From the NCBI GenBank assembly GCA_964373795.1, contig CAYJVY010000014.1, forward strand, positions 1 to 25,245: a DNA stretch of 25,245 bases, read 5' to 3'. Shown here in pieces: positions 23,041 to 25,245 of the stretch. A program made the position numbers and the translations under genes. This DNA is from an uncultured archaeon. Its GTDB lineage: Archaea; Iainarchaeota; Iainarchaeia; Iainarchaeales; DATDZZ01. Under the pieces are notes generated by a model. The model had not been told where the DNA came from. It worked only from the letters and a program-made list of their open reading frames with translations, and made no database searches. Numbering within the stretch: the stretch's first letter is position 1; the number at the start of each line of letters is the position of its first letter.

Positions 23041-23868
23041 TTAGTATTTAAATGTTGTTGTTTCGCAGAAGTTGATTGCAATTCCAGTAATATCATCGTG
23101 CTTTTTGTATCTTGGATAAGTCCAGCATTTTGGGTCTTTTGTCTGTACTGCTCTTACGTACTCTTTTACTTTTTTTAATCCGCCTTTCAAAAACAATTTC
23201 ACAAATTTTTTAAAATTATCTGATTTTGCAGGGTCTTTTTTTGGCAGGATCAAACCATCGCTGAAAATTAGTATGTGTTTTACATCTTCTAAATTTTCTA
23301 TGCCTGTTTTCAAAAAATTTATAGCTTTTTCTTCTCCATTAAGAACTCCCCACAATTCACTCATTTTATTTCTTGACTCAATTAATGGGCCTTTATTAAT
23401 TATTTCGCGAATGTTTTCTTTTTTCTGCTTTGCCAATTCTTTCCAAATCATTAAAGCTTCTCTATCATGATCATAATCATCAACTAAAAGCTTGAAAGAA
23501 TTATCTTTGTAAATAACAATTATTAGAGAGTCGCTTATTTGTGCCCATTCAAAAAATTTTTCTTTTAATCTCACAACAGAAACAGTCGTTACCCATAATC
23601 CAGTTTTCCTATTTATATCAACTTTGGACTCAATCATTTTTTCTTTAATTTTTTTGTTTGTCCGAATCGCTATCTCTTTCAATTCTGTGTCATTTTTGTA
23701 AAATTCGTCTCTTGCAATTTGTGCAGCAATCAATCCTCCTTTTTTGCCATGTATATCAACAAAATTGTCGAGGCTGTTTGCCCCGTCAAAAACCCCGAAA
23801 ATATTGTCTTTAATTAGAAATGAGTCTTCCTTGCTTGAACCTTCATCAAAAACTAGTTCTATTTGCAT
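23041..23868 (-). CDS. PP2C/PPM-type protein phosphatase-like protein
   Basis: PPM motifs occur in order: SKEDSF, FGVFDGANS, ILIFSDGLILP, HDDITGIAI. Its ATG directly abuts the aroC stop (TAGATG). Confidence 0.7.
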   Translation of the reverse strand: MQIELVFDEGSSKEDSFLIKDNIFGVFDGANSLDNFVDIHGKKGGLIAAQIARDEFYKNDTELKEIAIRTNKKIKEKMIESKVDINRKTGLWVTTVSVVRLKEKFFEWAQISDSLIIVIYKDNSFKLLVDDYDHDREALMIWKELAKQKKENIREIINKGPLIESRNKMSELWGVLNGEEKAINFLKTGIENLEDVKHILIFSDGLILPKKDPAKSDNFKKFVKLFLKGGLKKVKEYVRAVQTKDPKCWTYPRYKKHDDITGIAINFCETTTFKY

Positions 23869-24942
23869 CTAACCAAAACCTTGTCTTGAATTTTGAATAA
23901 GTAAGTTATCAACTAATGCAAGTGCAACCATTGCTTCTGCTACTGGAACAATTCTGGGACACAAGCAGGGATCGTGTCTTCCTTCAACTTTTAAATTCGT
24001 TTTTTCTCCTTTAACTGTAACAGTTTTTTGTTCAACTAAAATACTTGAAGGCGCATGGCTTGCGATTCGAACAACGATGTTTTCTCCGTTTGAAATTCCT
24101 CCTTGAATTCCTCCTGCATGATTTGTTTTGAAAATAAATCTTCCTTTCTCGAAAGACATTTCATCGTTTACTTCTTTTCCTGTAAGCTCTGCAGACTTAA
24201 ATCCTAAACCAATTTCAATTCCGCGGATTGTGCCAATACTCATTAAAGCAAAAGCCAAATCTGCTTGCAGTTTATGAAACACTGGTTCTCCTAATCCTGG
24301 AGGAACGTCTTGAGCAATTACTTCTACTACTCCCCCAATAGAGTTTCCTTCCGCTTTTCGCTGCAAAATTATTTCTTCCATTTTTTTTGCAACATTTTTA
24401 TCAGCACATCTTACAAGATTTTGTTCAATTTCTTTTTCATCAAATTTTTCTGCGCGAATTTTTCCAACTTGCACAGTGTGTCCAATTATTTTTACGCCTT
24501 TTAATGCAAGAATTTTTTTTGCAACAGCTCCTGCTGCAACTCTACTCCAAGTTTCTCTTCCACTTGCTCTTCCTCCTCCTTTGTAGTCTCGAATTCCGTA
24601 TTTAGTGAAATAAGTGAAATCTGCATGCCCTGGCCTGAAAACATCTTTAATTTTTTCATATTTAGATGAATCAATGTCTCGGTTGATTACAATCATTGCA
24701 ATTGGCGCTCCAGTTGTTTTTCCTTCAAATACTCCTGAAACAATTTCAACCTTGTCTTCTTCGCCTCGAGAAGTAGTAACAGAACTCTGTCCCGGCCTTC
24801 TTCTATCCAATTCTTTTTGTACATCTACTTCAGAAAGAGGAATTCCTGAAGGACAGCCATCAATAATTACTCCTAAACCAATTCCATGGCTTTCTCCAAA
24901 ACTTGTAACTTTAAACAGTCTTCCAAAAGTATTTCCAGTCAT
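23869..24942 (-). CDS. aroC: Chorismate synthase
   Basis: MTGNTFGRLFKVTSFGESHGIGLGVIIDGCPSG.., RRRPGQS, GGGRASGRET and the HDPC region all match across the full-length 357-aa protein. Confidence 0.97.
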   Translation of the reverse strand: MTGNTFGRLFKVTSFGESHGIGLGVIIDGCPSGIPLSEVDVQKELDRRRPGQSSVTTSRGEEDKVEIVSGVFEGKTTGAPIAMIVINRDIDSSKYEKIKDVFRPGHADFTYFTKYGIRDYKGGGRASGRETWSRVAAGAVAKKILALKGVKIIGHTVQVGKIRAEKFDEKEIEQNLVRCADKNVAKKMEEIILQRKAEGNSIGGVVEVIAQDVPPGLGEPVFHKLQADLAFALMSIGTIRGIEIGLGFKSAELTGKEVNDEMSFEKGRFIFKTNHAGGIQGGISNGENIVVRIASHAPSSILVEQKTVTVKGEKTNLKVEGRHDPCLCPRIVPVAEAMVALALVDNLLIQNSRQGFG

Positions 24943-24944
24943 TA

Positions 24945-25245
24945 TTATTCCTCAAAAATTTTTATAATATCTTTTTCCACTATGACTAATTTTCCATTTA
25001 TTGAATTTGTTTTGAGAAATTCGCTCAAATTTTTACATACTTTATAATGGCTTGTTGAATAACCAGTTTTTAACACAACTATTCCAATATGTTTTATTTT
25101 TCTGTGTCTTCCAAGTTCAATAAAGTCTTTATCAAAAGTTATAATGATTCTGTCATCACTTTTTGCTAACTCTATTAATTCTTTGTCTTTTATTTTTGGC
25201 TTTTCTTTTTTTATATCTCTTACATCAAATAATTTTTCTTGAAAA
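24945..25245 (-). CDS. PIN-like (DUF5615-type) protein, 5'-partial at window edge
   Basis: My own translation of the minus strand gives ..QEKLFDVRDIKKEKPKIKDKELIELAKSDDRIIITFDKDFIELGRHRKIKHIGIVVLKTGYSTSHYKVCKNLSEFLKTNSINGKLVIVEKDIIKIFEE*. The D..LI.LA....RIIIT.DKDF...... H.GIVVL pattern resembles DUF5615/Mut7-C PIN-like toxins. The TAA at 24945-24947 lies 2 nt before the aroC ATG. Confidence 0.55.
   Translation of the reverse strand, partial: FQEKLFDVRDIKKEKPKIKDKELIELAKSDDRIIITFDKDFIELGRHRKIKHIGIVVLKTGYSTSHYKVCKNLSEFLKTNSINGKLVIVEKDIIKIFEE

Noticed and set aside
7093-23096. Track start codons that extend ORFs upstream (7093, 9938, 10590, 13524, 14281, 23096)
   Set aside because: These extensions use TTG/GTG starts that overlap the preceding gene or lack a ribosome-binding site. 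Internal starts (7099, 9965, 10641, 13536, 14320, 23021) sit right after upstream stops or SD-like sequences, and they place the signal peptide at the N-terminus.
7799-24967. Other short track ORFs nested in larger genes (7799-8029, 10907-11092, 12245-12442, 13556-13756, 14694-14939, 15101-15295, 17057-17278, 17441-17650, 18105-18308, 18494-18679, 19812-20033, 20354-20539, 22017-22238, 22975-23178, 23273-23470, 24310-24504, 24387-24605, 24614-24967)
   Set aside because: Each overlaps a longer ORF with recognisable motifs or signal peptides. None has a promoter box, a Shine-Dalgarno sequence or a recognisable motif of its own.

Overview
The window is visibly AT-rich and reads as archaeal. Support: [KR]G-type class III signal peptides, a LAGLIDADG intein, a PAC2 chaperone, A/T-rich TATA-like boxes about 22-27 nt upstream of several start codons, oligo-T terminators and many TTG/GTG starts. 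The compact layout would fit a small-genome (DPANN-like) archaeon, but lineage cannot be fixed from sequence alone. Layout: (i) 14-11953 is a type IV pilus-like assembly locus. It has an intein-containing FlaI/PilB-family ATPase, an enlarged FlaJ/TadC-like membrane platform and eight small pilin-like genes, and is split by an opposite-strand VapBC toxin-antitoxin (TA) pair. (ii) 11950-14160 holds a Lys/Glu/Pro-rich low-complexity protein, a polytopic membrane protein and a second TA-like pair whose antitoxin fuses a zinc ribbon to an AbrB/SpoVT domain. (iii) 14320-18885 is a ~1520-aa secreted, C-terminally anchored surface protein, followed by a small basic protein. (iv) 19241-25245 on the minus strand holds housekeeping genes (PAC2, tyrA, aroC) interleaved with a PP2C-type phosphatase, a MazEF-like pair and a partial PIN-like gene. 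It also holds a ~1.5 kb insertion bounded by a decayed second copy of the tyrA 3' end. I recognised no rRNA, tRNA or CRISPR array. All family calls come from motifs read by eye; no searches were run.
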